Part shown: in pieces, positions 37,228-46,681 of the stretch | How positions within the stretch are numbered: position 1 is the stretch's first letter | Layout: every line of letters starts with the position of its first letter | From: an uncultured bacterium | GTDB lineage: Bacteria; AUK180 | Length of the DNA: 62,292 nt | Direction of reading: 5' to 3' | NCBI GenBank assembly: GCA_937863565.1 | Contig: CALMGJ010000013.1 | Span: 62,001-124,292, forward strand | Position numbers and translations under genes: made by a program | Notes under the pieces: generated by a model | What the model saw: the letters and a program-made list of their open reading frames with translations, nothing else | Database searches by the model: none | Told to the model about the DNA's origin: nothing

Positions 37228-40014
37228 TTATGCCTCCTTTTTTATATATTTTTTCAGATGAGCGCCCGTATGCGACCGTGGACAGGCGATTATTTCCTCG
37301 ACCGTGCCGCAAGCCAGTACGAATCCTCCTCCGTCGCCGCCTTCGGGCCCGAGGTCGATGATCCAGTCAGCGTTCTTGATCACATCCGGATTATGTTCGA
37401 TAACGACAACGGTGTTGCCTTGGTCCCTTATCTTTTCGATCACGGAGAGCAGACGGGCCGTATCCTCGAAATGTAACCCGGTTGTAGGTTCGTCCATGAA
37501 GTACAACGTGCCCTTGTTCGTTTTCTTGGAAAGTTCCCTTGCGAGTTTTATCCTTTGCGCCTCGCCGCCGGAAAGAGTCGGCGCCGGCTGTCCGAGCTGG
37601 ATATATGACAGCCCCACGTCCATAAGAAGTTTTAGCTTCCTTTTCAAATAAGGGATGTTCTTGAAAAAATCATAGGCTTCTTCGACGGTTATATCCAGAA
37701 CATCGCTTATGTTCTTATCCCTGTATTTCACTTCGAGCGTATCCTTGTTGAAGCGCTTGCCTTCGCAGATATCGCACTTCACATATACGTCCGGAAGGAA
37801 GTGCATCTCGATCTTCTTCACTCCGTCACCCTGACAGGCCTCGCACCGTCCGCCTTTGACATTGAAGGAGAAAACGCTCTTCGTGAAACCGCGGGTTTTG
37901 CTTGCCGGGAGCTCGGCATAGATGTCTCTGATATGGTCGAAAACCTTCGTGTATGTGGCGATATTTGATTTCGACATCCTTCCTATTGGGTCCTGAGAGA
38001 TATACTTCATCTCGACGACCTTGTCCTGGTTCTCGAACATAGCGTATTTGCCCGGCCTTTCAGATGAAAGACCTTTTTCCCAAAGCAGCCCCTGATAGAA
38101 TATCCTGTCCATGAGAGTGGATTTCCCGGCGCCGGAAACGCCTGTTATGCAGACGAAACGGTTCAGCGGGATGCCTACAGAAATCCTTTTCAAATTGAAC
38201 TCTTCCGCGCCATACACTTTCACGGTCTCCGTATCCGCATCAGTGTGCATTCTGCTTATTGACGTATCCTTCCGGCCGCTCATGTAAAGACCGGTCAGGG
38301 ATCTCGACGAACGCAGCCCTTTGAGTTCTCCTTCGTAAACGATCCTGCCTCCGTGTATGCCGGAACCGGGACCGAGATCGACGATCCAGTCTGCGGTCTC
38401 TATCGTATCCCTGTCATGCTCTACGACTATTACTGTATTCCCGATATCCCTGAGTTCGGTCAGGGATTCGAGAAGTTTGCTCGTATCTCGTGGGTGGAGC
38501 CCTATCGTAGGCTCATCCATGATATATATTACTCCCGTGAGCCTCGTGCCGAGTTGAGTAGCGAGCCTTATCCTCTCCATCTCGCCTCCCGAAAGCGAGT
38601 CTATGGTCCTGTCAAGCGAGATATAGGAGAGCCCGACATTTTTCAGGAAATTGAGCCTGGTCCTAATTCCCGTAAGCACAGGATGTGCGATCTTTTCGTT
38701 TGCACCCTTGAACGATACGTGCTTGAAGAAAGAGCACAATTCCTCTACCGACATCGATGTCAGGTCCCAGATATTTTTCCCCTCTATCCTTACGGAGAGT
38801 ACATCGTCTTTCAGGCGTTTCCCCTTGCAGGTGCGGCAGGGCGTTTTCGTGAAGAATCTCATATACCAATCCCTCATCGCCTGAGATTGTGTTTCCCTGA
38901 AACGCCGTTCTATGATATTGGCAACGCCTTCGAATACTCCGTCCTCGCCCCAGAAGAGGAATTCCTTTTCCTTTTTGTTCATTTTTTCAAAACTCTTTTT
39001 AAGGTCGAGGCCCTGCTTTGCCGCAAGTTTGATGATATAAGACGCAAAATTCTCCGAACCGAGACCCGGAATGTGCGAGAAAAGCCCGGCGGATAAAGTG
39101 AGCTCTCCATCCCTAGCCATCATATCCGGCGAAACGGAATAGACGAAACCAAGACCGTCGCATGAAGGACACGCTCCGTAAGGACTGTTGAAGGAAAAGA
39201 CCCTGGGAGAAAGTTCCGGTATCGACCATCCGCATTCGGGACAGAAGAATCTCTGAGAGAAGATCTTCTCCGCTGAACCGTCCGCGAATTTCCCGTTCTG
39301 AAGCGATATGCTCACTAATCCGCCGGATTCCTTGAAGGAAAGAGCAAGGGAATCGTAAAGCCGAGTTTTGATGTCGTTCTTGATGACAAGGCGGTCGATC
39401 ACGAGATCGATATTGTGTTTTTTATTCTTTTCAAGTTCACGGGCGGCAGTTTCTTCGATGGAAAGCATCTCCCCGTCAATGCGTATCCTCACGTATCCCT
39501 TCTTCTTGAATTCCTCGAAAAGTTCTTTGTACTGCCCTTTCTTGCTCCTTACGATGGGAGATAGTATGAACAGTTTCGTTTCATCGGGAAGTTTCATTAT
39601 CTCTTCTGCGATCTCGTCGACCGTTCTTGCTGTGACCGGGATATTGTCATTCGGACAATATGGAATTCCTACACGGGCGAAAAGGATCCTGAAATGATCG
39701 TAGATCTCAGTGATCGTTCCCACTATGGAGCGCGGATTGTGCGAAAGCACCCTTTGCTGAATGGCGATCGCAGGCGAAAGCCCTTCTATGTATTCGACCT
39801 CTGGTTTTCCCTTCATCCCCAAAAACTGCCTGGCATAGGTCGATAGAGATTCGACATATCTTCTCTGACCCTCTGCATAGATCGTATCGAACGCAAGAGA
39901 GGATTTGCCGGACCCTGAAAGACCTGTGAACACGATGAATTTATTCTTGGGCAATTCAAGGCCGATCCCTTTCAAATTATGTTCCCGGGCGCCTTTTATG
40001 ATTATCTTATCCAT
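37228..40014 (-). CDS. uvrA: Excinuclease ABC subunit A
   Basis: GAREHNLK, GLSGSGKSSLAFDT, zinc fingers, two ABC signatures LSGGE, GVSGAGKS; start ATG 40014. Confidence 0.98.
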   Translation of the reverse strand: MDKIIIKGAREHNLKGIGLELPKNKFIVFTGLSGSGKSSLAFDTIYAEGQRRYVESLSTYARQFLGMKGKPEVEYIEGLSPAIAIQQRVLSHNPRSIVGTITEIYDHFRILFARVGIPYCPNDNIPVTARTVDEIAEEIMKLPDETKLFILSPIVRSKKGQYKELFEEFKKKGYVRIRIDGEMLSIEETAARELEKNKKHNIDLVIDRLVIKNDIKTRLYDSLALSFKESGGLVSISLQNGKFADGSAEKIFSQRFFCPECGWSIPELSPRVFSFNSPYGACPSCDGLGFVYSVSPDMMARDGELTLSAGLFSHIPGLGSENFASYIIKLAAKQGLDLKKSFEKMNKKEKEFLFWGEDGVFEGVANIIERRFRETQSQAMRDWYMRFFTKTPCRTCKGKRLKDDVLSVRIEGKNIWDLTSMSVEELCSFFKHVSFKGANEKIAHPVLTGIRTRLNFLKNVGLSYISLDRTIDSLSGGEMERIRLATQLGTRLTGVIYIMDEPTIGLHPRDTSKLLESLTELRDIGNTVIVVEHDRDTIETADWIVDLGPGSGIHGGRIVYEGELKGLRSSRSLTGLYMSGRKDTSISRMHTDADTETVKVYGAEEFNLKRISVGIPLNRFVCITGVSGAGKSTLMDRIFYQGLLWEKGLSSERPGKYAMFENQDKVVEMKYISQDPIGRMSKSNIATYTKVFDHIRDIYAELPASKTRGFTKSVFSFNVKGGRCEACQGDGVKKIEMHFLPDVYVKCDICEGKRFNKDTLEVKYRDKNISDVLDITVEEAYDFFKNIPYLKRKLKLLMDVGLSYIQLGQPAPTLSGGEAQRIKLARELSKKTNKGTLYFMDEPTTGLHFEDTARLLSVIEKIRDQGNTVVVIEHNPDVIKNADWIIDLGPEGGDGGGFVLACGTVEEIIACPRSHTGAHLKKYIKKEA

Positions 40015-41549
40015 TTGAATAAATTTTTGTTCAGGACTATATGATGCTTCCATGTCCTGTTGTTGGTAAAGGGATAATCAGCCCGGAAATGCGCTCCGCG
40101 GGATTCCGTTCTTTCCAGAGCGGTGTGGCTGATGAGAAAACCGTTCACAATAAAACTTTTAAGTATCACATTCTCCAGTTTAAGATCGGTCACCCCGCCG
40201 TACTCCACCCAGAGGTCCCTGAACAGCTCCGTATTCTTCCTCAATCCGTCCCCCGTTCTTTCGATGCCGGCATTTTTCTCCATTTCCGATCTTATTAGCG
40301 AAATGATCTCCTTCGCATTTCCGATTTCCCTTCCCTTCGCATCCGGAAGCGGGATCTCCTTAACAGGGGTTTTCCTCAGATGTCTGGCATTGTCGGCCGC
40401 TCTTTTGGCGAATACGAGCGATTCGAGGAGGGAATTGGAGGCAAGCCTATTGGCTCCGTGCAGGCCGCTCGATGTCGTTTCTCCGGAGGCGTAAAGGCCT
40501 TTAAGGGAAGTTTTCCCATTGGCGGCGATCCTTATGCCCCCCATGAAATAATGGGCGGCAGGAACAACGGGGATCTTCATCGTCGAGAGGTCTATCCCGA
40601 GATTTTTCAATCTCGAGGTGATCGTGGGAAATCTTTCTTCGAACCTTTCGATGCCGATCGGGGAAATGTCTAAAAGGACATTGCTTATATCCTGCTTTCT
40701 CATCTCGTTGAAGATGGCGATCGATACGATATTACGGGGTGCAAGGTCTTTGAGCGGATGGTATTTTTCCATGAAGGCGTTCCCTTTATGGTCTGTCAGG
40801 ACAGCGCCTTCGCCACGAACGGCTTCGGAGATGAGAAATCTGGGAAAGATATCCGCGGCCAGGCTCGTGGGATGGAACTGCACGAATTCCATATCCATCA
40901 CATCAGCGCCGGCAAGGAATGAAAAATATATTCCGTCGCCTGTCGAAACGGGAGGGTTCGTAGTATTGAGATAGACCTGGCCGACTCCGCCCGTAGCTAT
41001 GAAAACGCCCTTGGCGAAAACATCTATCAATTCTCCTCCGCTCACGGCGCGGACCCCGAGGACACGGCCGGCCTTCTCTATAAGAGAGTACGTATATGCG
41101 TCCTCGAGCAGTTCTATAGCCGAATTCCTGATCTTGGTCGCAAGGACCGTTTCAATATTTGCACCTGTCGCGTCGCCGCCGGAATGCAGCACTCTTGAAA
41201 CGCGGTGAGCGCCTTCCTTGGTAAGATTATAACCCGCACCGTCCGTATCGAACCTTACGCCCCAGTCGATCAGCTCTTCGATCCTTTTCGGGCCATCCTT
41301 TACCATTTCCCATACCGCTTCGGGATTGCACAGGCCGTCCCCCGCATTAATCGTATCGGCAAAATGATATTTTGGCCTGTCGAGTTCAGAGAACACTACG
41401 GCGACGCCGCCCTGAGCGTGATATGTGGAACCTTCTATTACTTTGCCTTTCGTCAAGACGAGAACAGAGCCGAGCTTGATCAGTTCCAGCGCCATTCTCA
41501 GACCGGCGATGCCGCTGCCCACGACCGCGAAATCAACGGATTTCTTCAT
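40002..41549 (-). CDS. nadB: L-aspartate oxidase
   Basis: GSGIAGL, AQGGVA, QFHPT, SEAVRGEG, AHYFMGG, HGANRLASNSLLE, ESRGAH. Confidence 0.96.
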   Translation of the reverse strand: MKKSVDFAVVGSGIAGLRMALELIKLGSVLVLTKGKVIEGSTYHAQGGVAVVFSELDRPKYHFADTINAGDGLCNPEAVWEMVKDGPKRIEELIDWGVRFDTDGAGYNLTKEGAHRVSRVLHSGGDATGANIETVLATKIRNSAIELLEDAYTYSLIEKAGRVLGVRAVSGGELIDVFAKGVFIATGGVGQVYLNTTNPPVSTGDGIYFSFLAGADVMDMEFVQFHPTSLAADIFPRFLISEAVRGEGAVLTDHKGNAFMEKYHPLKDLAPRNIVSIAIFNEMRKQDISNVLLDISPIGIERFEERFPTITSRLKNLGIDLSTMKIPVVPAAHYFMGGIRIAANGKTSLKGLYASGETTSSGLHGANRLASNSLLESLVFAKRAADNARHLRKTPVKEIPLPDAKGREIGNAKEIISLIRSEMEKNAGIERTGDGLRKNTELFRDLWVEYGGVTDLKLENVILKSFIVNGFLISHTALERTESRGAHFRADYPFTNNRTWKHHIVLNKNLFKWIR

Positions 41550-42337
41550 TATCCGGAATGCTCTTCATCGGGAAAGGAACCGTTCTTGATCTCTGAAGCG
41601 AATCTCTTCAAACCGTCAACAGCCTCTTCCCAGAGGTTCTTATAGTTCTTGGCGAATTTTGGCTTAAGCTTGTCGTAGAAACCAAGCACATCATGCCATA
41701 CGAGGATCTGGCCGTCCGTTCCCGGACCGCTGCCGATGCCGATCGTTGGGATGCCGATCCGTTTCGTGACCTCGTCTGCCGTCGATGCGGGGATATTCTC
41801 GAGAACGATGGCAAAAGCTCCGGCTTTTTCCATCTCGACCGCGGAACGAAGAAGGTATTTTTTATCGACCTCTTTTTTCCCGATCTTCTTATATCTTCCG
41901 AATTTGAGGATGCCCTGGGGCGTGAGCCCGATATGGCCCATGACGGGAATGTCGGCAAACACGAGTTTTTTGATCAGGCGGCACACTTCCGTGCCTCCCT
42001 CTATCTTCACGGCATCCGCACCTTCGCGGATCAGGCGGCCGGCGTTCCGTACGGCTTCTGCCGGAGAGATCTTATAGCTCAAGAACGGCATATCCGATAC
42101 GATGAAATGGTCCGGTGCGCCGGATCTTGCATATTTGGTATGCAGGATCATCTCCTCCATAGAAACATTGAGGGTATTTTCCGCACCGCCGAGGACCATC
42201 CCGAGAGAATCCCCTACCAGAAGAGCTTCGATCCCCGCGGAAGACGCGGTTCTCGCGCTGACATAATCGTATGCCGTCGTCATTACGATAGGCCTGTTGC
42301 TTTTCTTGAAAATATTTATGCTTCTCATATATACCAT
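41549..42337 (-). CDS. panB: 3-methyl-2-oxobutanoate hydroxymethyltransferase
   Basis: TAYD, LVGDSLG, DMPF, AVKIEGG, GHIGLTPQ, TIGIGSG, DGQILV. Confidence 0.97.
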   Translation of the reverse strand: MVYMRSINIFKKSNRPIVMTTAYDYVSARTASSAGIEALLVGDSLGMVLGGAENTLNVSMEEMILHTKYARSGAPDHFIVSDMPFLSYKISPAEAVRNAGRLIREGADAVKIEGGTEVCRLIKKLVFADIPVMGHIGLTPQGILKFGRYKKIGKKEVDKKYLLRSAVEMEKAGAFAIVLENIPASTADEVTKRIGIPTIGIGSGPGTDGQILVWHDVLGFYDKLKPKFAKNYKNLWEEAVDGLKRFASEIKNGSFPDEEHSG

Positions 42338-42345
42338 AATTTAAT

Positions 42346-42374
42346 ATTATATAAAATAATCTTCAATTTTTCAA
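42346..42374 (-). promoter_or_regulatory. sigma70-type promoter of panB-nadB-uvrA operon
   Basis: TTGAAA-N17-TATAAT, 8 nt before ATG 42337. Confidence 0.7.
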
Positions 42375-42443
42375 ATCTTTCGGCAATGGGAATATTCCCT
42401 TTCACCTTGCCCGCCCTGTTGCGGTCAGGAGCGTAATGCAGTT

Positions 42444-43937
42444 TTAATGCGCCTTTTTCCCCGTTAAGGAAACTGTCGTGATCGCGGCAATGGAAAGTAA
42501 GAACGCGAACACAAGGTCGATATGCGTGGCCTTGAAAACGGGTATGAGATTGATCACGATAATCGTTAAAAGAGCAACGATCATACCTGCCAGAATGCCT
42601 GCCTTAGTGGCCTTTTTCCACCAGAGCGAGAAGAACATGGCCGGGCCGAACACGGCGCCGAGGCCGCCCCAGGCGAAAAGGACAAGATGGTATACGAGCT
42701 GGCGGGTGAATATCGCGATAAGGAATGCCACTATGCCTATGGTAATGGTCGCGATCCTGCTCACGAGAATAAGTTCTTTCTGATCCGCATTCTTCTTGAA
42801 AAGGTGATGGTATATATCCTCGGTGACGGCGGACGTTGAAGCAAGAAGCTGTGAATCGGCGGTCGACATCATCGCCGCGATCGCGCCCGATATCATGATG
42901 CCGGCGATCACAGGCGGCATTAGCGCTTTCGCCATCACTGGCATGAGCTTCTCGGGATCGCTGATAAGGGTTCCGAGCACTGCCGTATCTTTGAACCATC
43001 CTCCCTTCAGTATCAGATCGGCGGAGATCCCCTCCGTCAGCCCGTTCCTTAAAAATGCGATGCCGAAGATACCTATGAAAGTAGCGCCCCAGAAGGCCAG
43101 AAGAGCCCAGAGCGAGGCGATCAGCATGCTCTTTTTCAATTCTTTCCTGTCATTGATGGCCATAAAGCGCGCCACGAGGTGCGGCTGGCCCATATATCCG
43201 AGGCCTATGCCCAATGCGCCGGTTATGGCCAGGAAAAGAGGAAATCCCGATTTGACCCCTGTGACATTGAGCAGCTGCGGATTAACGAACCTGATACTTT
43301 CCGCAGCCCTGGCGAAGCCGCCGAGAGCAATAAGAGCGGCTATCGGAAGTAACACGAGCGTGAACACCATAATGATCCCCTGCACGAGATCCGTCCAGGC
43401 CACGGCGAAGAACCCTCCCATCACCGTATAGAAAAGTATCACTGCGGCTCCGATCACCATTCCCCAGAACTCCGGGATATTGAACGCGGCATTGAGCACT
43501 TTCCCTGCGGCAAGGAATTGGGCGGCAACATAGATCGTAAAGAAGAATATGATCACGCAGGCAGTGAATATCCTCAGTATCCTCGACCTGTCCGTGAATC
43601 TCGCTTCAAAATAATCCGGAACGGTTATCGCATCGTATCTCTCCGTATCGGTCCTCAATTTCCGTGCAATGAAGATCCACGAGAACATGATCCCTGCCGT
43701 GCATCCCACGGCGGGCCAGATACCTAAAAAACCGCTCGCGAAAGCTATGCCGGGCACTCCGATAAGAAGCCAAGCGCTCTCTCCGCTTGCGCGTTCGGAG
43801 AAGGCAACGACCCAGGGGCCTAATTTCCTTCCCGCGATAAGGTAATCCGAAAGTGTTTTCGAAAGCCTGCAGGTCATTATCCCGACAAAGAATACAAGGA
43901 CGAGATAAACGATGAAGCTTATCAGCACAGCGTTCAT
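42444..43937 (-). CDS. putP: Sodium/proline symporter (SSS family)
   Basis: DYLIAGRKLGPWV, ASGESAW, GGFFAVAWTD..QG, GYMGQPH, AAMMSTADSQLL, AWGGLGA. Confidence 0.88.
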   Translation of the reverse strand: MNAVLISFIVYLVLVFFVGIMTCRLSKTLSDYLIAGRKLGPWVVAFSERASGESAWLLIGVPGIAFASGFLGIWPAVGCTAGIMFSWIFIARKLRTDTERYDAITVPDYFEARFTDRSRILRIFTACVIIFFFTIYVAAQFLAAGKVLNAAFNIPEFWGMVIGAAVILFYTVMGGFFAVAWTDLVQGIIMVFTLVLLPIAALIALGGFARAAESIRFVNPQLLNVTGVKSGFPLFLAITGALGIGLGYMGQPHLVARFMAINDRKELKKSMLIASLWALLAFWGATFIGIFGIAFLRNGLTEGISADLILKGGWFKDTAVLGTLISDPEKLMPVMAKALMPPVIAGIMISGAIAAMMSTADSQLLASTSAVTEDIYHHLFKKNADQKELILVSRIATITIGIVAFLIAIFTRQLVYHLVLFAWGGLGAVFGPAMFFSLWWKKATKAGILAGMIVALLTIIVINLIPVFKATHIDLVFAFLLSIAAITTVSLTGKKAH

Positions 43938-44041
43938 TTCCCGGCCTCGTCATCTTTTGCAAATTTTGCGTACGCTACGGCAGTTGCAACAAGAACTAGA
44001 ATTATGGGCGCTATGATGAAAAACACTGTCCAGAACGGCAT
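43934..44041 (-). CDS. 35-aa single-pass membrane peptide (absent from ORF track)
   Basis: MPFWTVFFIIAPIILVLVATAVAYAKFAKDDEAGK; AAGGAGG SD; its TGA overlaps the putP ATG (ATGA). Confidence 0.8.
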   Translation of the reverse strand: MPFWTVFFIIAPIILVLVATAVAYAKFAKDDEAGK

Positions 44042-44063
44042 GGCGACCTCCTTTTCGTATTTT

Positions 44064-44092
44064 ATTTTAACTGTTTTTCCCTTTCATGTCAA
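44064..44092 (-). promoter_or_regulatory. sigma70-type promoter of small ORF-putP
   Basis: TTGACA-N17-TAAAAT. Confidence 0.75.
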
Positions 44093-44161
44093 ATAGGGCC
44101 GGGCGGGGGGCACTACGCGATCAAACGAACCGCGCTCTTCTCCCGTTCTCTTTCAATACCG

Positions 44162-44815
44162 CTATCCGTTATTCTGAGTTACGATATGCGCGATCCTCTC
44201 TGCGAGTGAGAGCATAGCATCAATGTCCTTTGTTTTCAGGATATTCTCTTTCTTCTCTATTAAAATGAAGCGTCCCTCTTTTTTCTCTGAGATGATGCTG
44301 CATTTCCGGACGGGAACCTTGAAATGCTCTGCTGTTCCTATAAAAGCAGTAACGGAAACCTCACGAAGGAGGCTGTCGAGAACGGCTCGCGTGAAACGGG
44401 ATTCGAACCAGACGGTGTCAGAGGTTCCTGTCAGGAAATAATCCCTCAGTTCCCCGATATCCTCCGGGAGGGGTTCTCCGAATTTCACCTTCCTTTCATC
44501 AAGGTTTATGGAGAAATCAGGGACCGGTATTTCCACGGATATGACCATGCCCCAGTGATGCCCCGTATACCCCTTCCCTTCTTTCTCGGCCCAGGATATA
44601 AGTATAAGGTCGTAATCGGAAGCCCTTTTATATCCGACCGCATAGAATTTCTGCAGGGGGAATATGCCACTTGCGATCCTTTCGGGAGCGAGATGCGCAG
44701 CAAGGACGATCCTCTCGAATTCATCAAGCGCCGGCTGCCAGCGGCGATGCCTGGTCAAAAAGCTCCACAGGGCCATTCCTGAAACGAAAATGACCAGCAT
44801 TATGAAAAGAGGCAT
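44162..44815 (-). CDS. Hypothetical N-terminally anchored membrane protein (paralogue A)
   Basis: N-terminal TM; AAGGAG SD; shares GYKR, WG, PDF and WFE motifs with neighbour. Confidence 0.75.
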   Translation of the reverse strand: MPLFIMLVIFVSGMALWSFLTRHRRWQPALDEFERIVLAAHLAPERIASGIFPLQKFYAVGYKRASDYDLILISWAEKEGKGYTGHHWGMVISVEIPVPDFSINLDERKVKFGEPLPEDIGELRDYFLTGTSDTVWFESRFTRAVLDSLLREVSVTAFIGTAEHFKVPVRKCSIISEKKEGRFILIEKKENILKTKDIDAMLSLAERIAHIVTQNNG

Positions 44816-44838
44816 ACTATCTCCTTTTGATATCGGTT

Positions 44839-45498
44839 TTACACAGGTTCGTAGGCAGTAGCCAGGATCTTCGCGAGTTTCTCGGAAAGCGAGATCACCT
44901 GGTCTATATTGTTCGCTTTATTCATGTTTTCTTTTTTCGTGATAAGGACGAAACATCGTGTTCTATTATCCTGAAGAACAGGGCTCTTTCTGAGAGGGAC
45001 GGTGAAACTTCGCACCGTTTTGATCGATTCGATGCCGTCATATTCGGCAAGGAGTTCCTGAAGGCGGTATCCCGTAAAGTGAGTTTCAAACCATCCCTTG
45101 TCCTTCGAATTCATATAGAAATCCTTTCCCGTTCCATCACCTTCGGGCCTTATCCCCTTTCTGAAAAGGGATTCGAAACCCTTTCTTGAGATGATGAAAT
45201 CCGGGATGTTCCCGGGCAGGAACAATGCCGTCCCCCAGCAGCTCACAACATAGTTCTTCCCTCTCTGCTCTTCCCAAGTAACGAGGAACATATCGAATCT
45301 CGGGTATCTTTTATATCCCGCTTTATGAACGCTTTTTATGAACATGAACCTGCTCTCTATCGTCTCAACGGAAAAACCCCTTGACGATGCGATCTCCTCA
45401 AAAAGTTCATTGTCCTTTTTCAGCTTTTTATTCACCGCTTTCACGATCACTACCATAACGCCGAATAAAAAAATGATAATGCTTATCCATTCCGGCAT
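44839..45498 (-). CDS. Hypothetical N-terminally anchored membrane protein (paralogue B)
   Basis: N-terminal TM; GGAGGG SD before ATG 45498; paralogue of 44162-44815. Confidence 0.75.
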   Translation of the reverse strand: MPEWISIIIFLFGVMVVIVKAVNKKLKKDNELFEEIASSRGFSVETIESRFMFIKSVHKAGYKRYPRFDMFLVTWEEQRGKNYVVSCWGTALFLPGNIPDFIISRKGFESLFRKGIRPEGDGTGKDFYMNSKDKGWFETHFTGYRLQELLAEYDGIESIKTVRSFTVPLRKSPVLQDNRTRCFVLITKKENMNKANNIDQVISLSEKLAKILATAYEPV

Positions 45499-45565
45499 AT
45501 CGCCCTCCATCTTCCCGGCCTTGATCCGGAGCGCCGGTTGCCCTTTATTCTTCAGCGCGGATGCG

Positions 45566-46648
45566 CTACAGTTTAATATGCCCTATTATACTTGGAACGA
45601 GAAAAAGGATATTCGGAAGATTCGTTGCGAGCACGGGATGCAGCACACCTTTTTCCGAAAGATCGAACCCGATCAGCATGAAGATATAATAAACGAAGAT
45701 GAAGGCTATGCTGACCGCGATTCCGAGAGCCCTGCTCCCCACTTTCAATTTAAGCGCAAGAAAAAGCGCGAAGCCGAGAAGAGAGAGAGCGGCAAGAGGT
45801 ATCGAGAATCTCTTGTACAGTTCCGTAAGGTTCTTATTCCGTACATCGGGCGGAAGTTCTTCTTTCAGGGCCGCTCTGAGTTCGCGGAGCGTCATGCTGC
45901 GGGGTCCGAAATCGGTTATGTCGGAATGCTGGAAACCCGTGGAGAGGTCGATGTTCACTATCATTCTGTCATAAATGCCGTTAATGAGATCGCCGTTCTC
46001 GAGAAGCTTGGAAAAGCTTCCATCTTTCATGATGAACTGGTAGAGGAACCTGTCGGGATCCTTAAAGAATTCACCTGTTCCGGCAAAGATTATCATGGTG
46101 CCGTCCTGTTCTTTCATTCTCAAGTTGATATTGTTCAGGATGTTCTTTTTCCTGTCGAACTCTTCGGTATAGATGATGATCTTGTCGCTCACCTCGGAGA
46201 ATTCCTTCTCGTTAATCACAAGTTGAACCTTCTGCGTAATGGCGTTGAAGAGAGTTTTAATGTACATCTTGTTCGATTCCGGCATAACGAACAGGTTGAA
46301 CAGCGTCATTGCTATGCATAAGAGCACGGCGAAGGAGACAAATGGCTTCACGATATCTGCTTTGCCTATGCCGAGCGTTTTCATAGCGATGATCTCCTTC
46401 GCTTCGGATAGCCGTCCTATGCTGAGGACCACGCCGAGTATATAGGCCATCGGCACGGCAATGGATAGAAGGGCCGGCATAAGGAAGAACAGAAGTTTAA
46501 TGATGACCACGGGGCTTATCCCTTTATTGACAATGAATTCCAAGAGTTCCTCGATCTTGGATACGATCAGTATGGTGGAGAATAGGGCTATACCGAAAAG
46601 AAATGTCTTGATGCTCTCCTTCAGGAGATACCTTTCAGCGATTTTCAT
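45566..46648 (-). CDS. lptF: LPS export ABC permease LptF/LptG family
   Basis: RYLLKE, 3 TMs, RLSEAKEIIAMKTLG, beta-rich periplasmic segment, RFSIPLA, final TMs with LPNI. Confidence 0.85.
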   Translation of the reverse strand: MKIAERYLLKESIKTFLFGIALFSTILIVSKIEELLEFIVNKGISPVVIIKLLFFLMPALLSIAVPMAYILGVVLSIGRLSEAKEIIAMKTLGIGKADIVKPFVSFAVLLCIAMTLFNLFVMPESNKMYIKTLFNAITQKVQLVINEKEFSEVSDKIIIYTEEFDRKKNILNNINLRMKEQDGTMIIFAGTGEFFKDPDRFLYQFIMKDGSFSKLLENGDLINGIYDRMIVNIDLSTGFQHSDITDFGPRSMTLRELRAALKEELPPDVRNKNLTELYKRFSIPLAALSLLGFALFLALKLKVGSRALGIAVSIAFIFVYYIFMLIGFDLSEKGVLHPVLATNLPNILFLVPSIIGHIKL

Positions 46649-46681
46649 CCGTTCGTAGTGCCTCCTTTCGCCGGAATGCGC

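Noticed and set aside
42378-42443. Stem-loop (GGCAA..GGGAATATTCCC..TTGCC) as a panB riboswitch or putP terminator
   Set aside because: Lies upstream of the panB promoter and lacks a U tract; function unsupported
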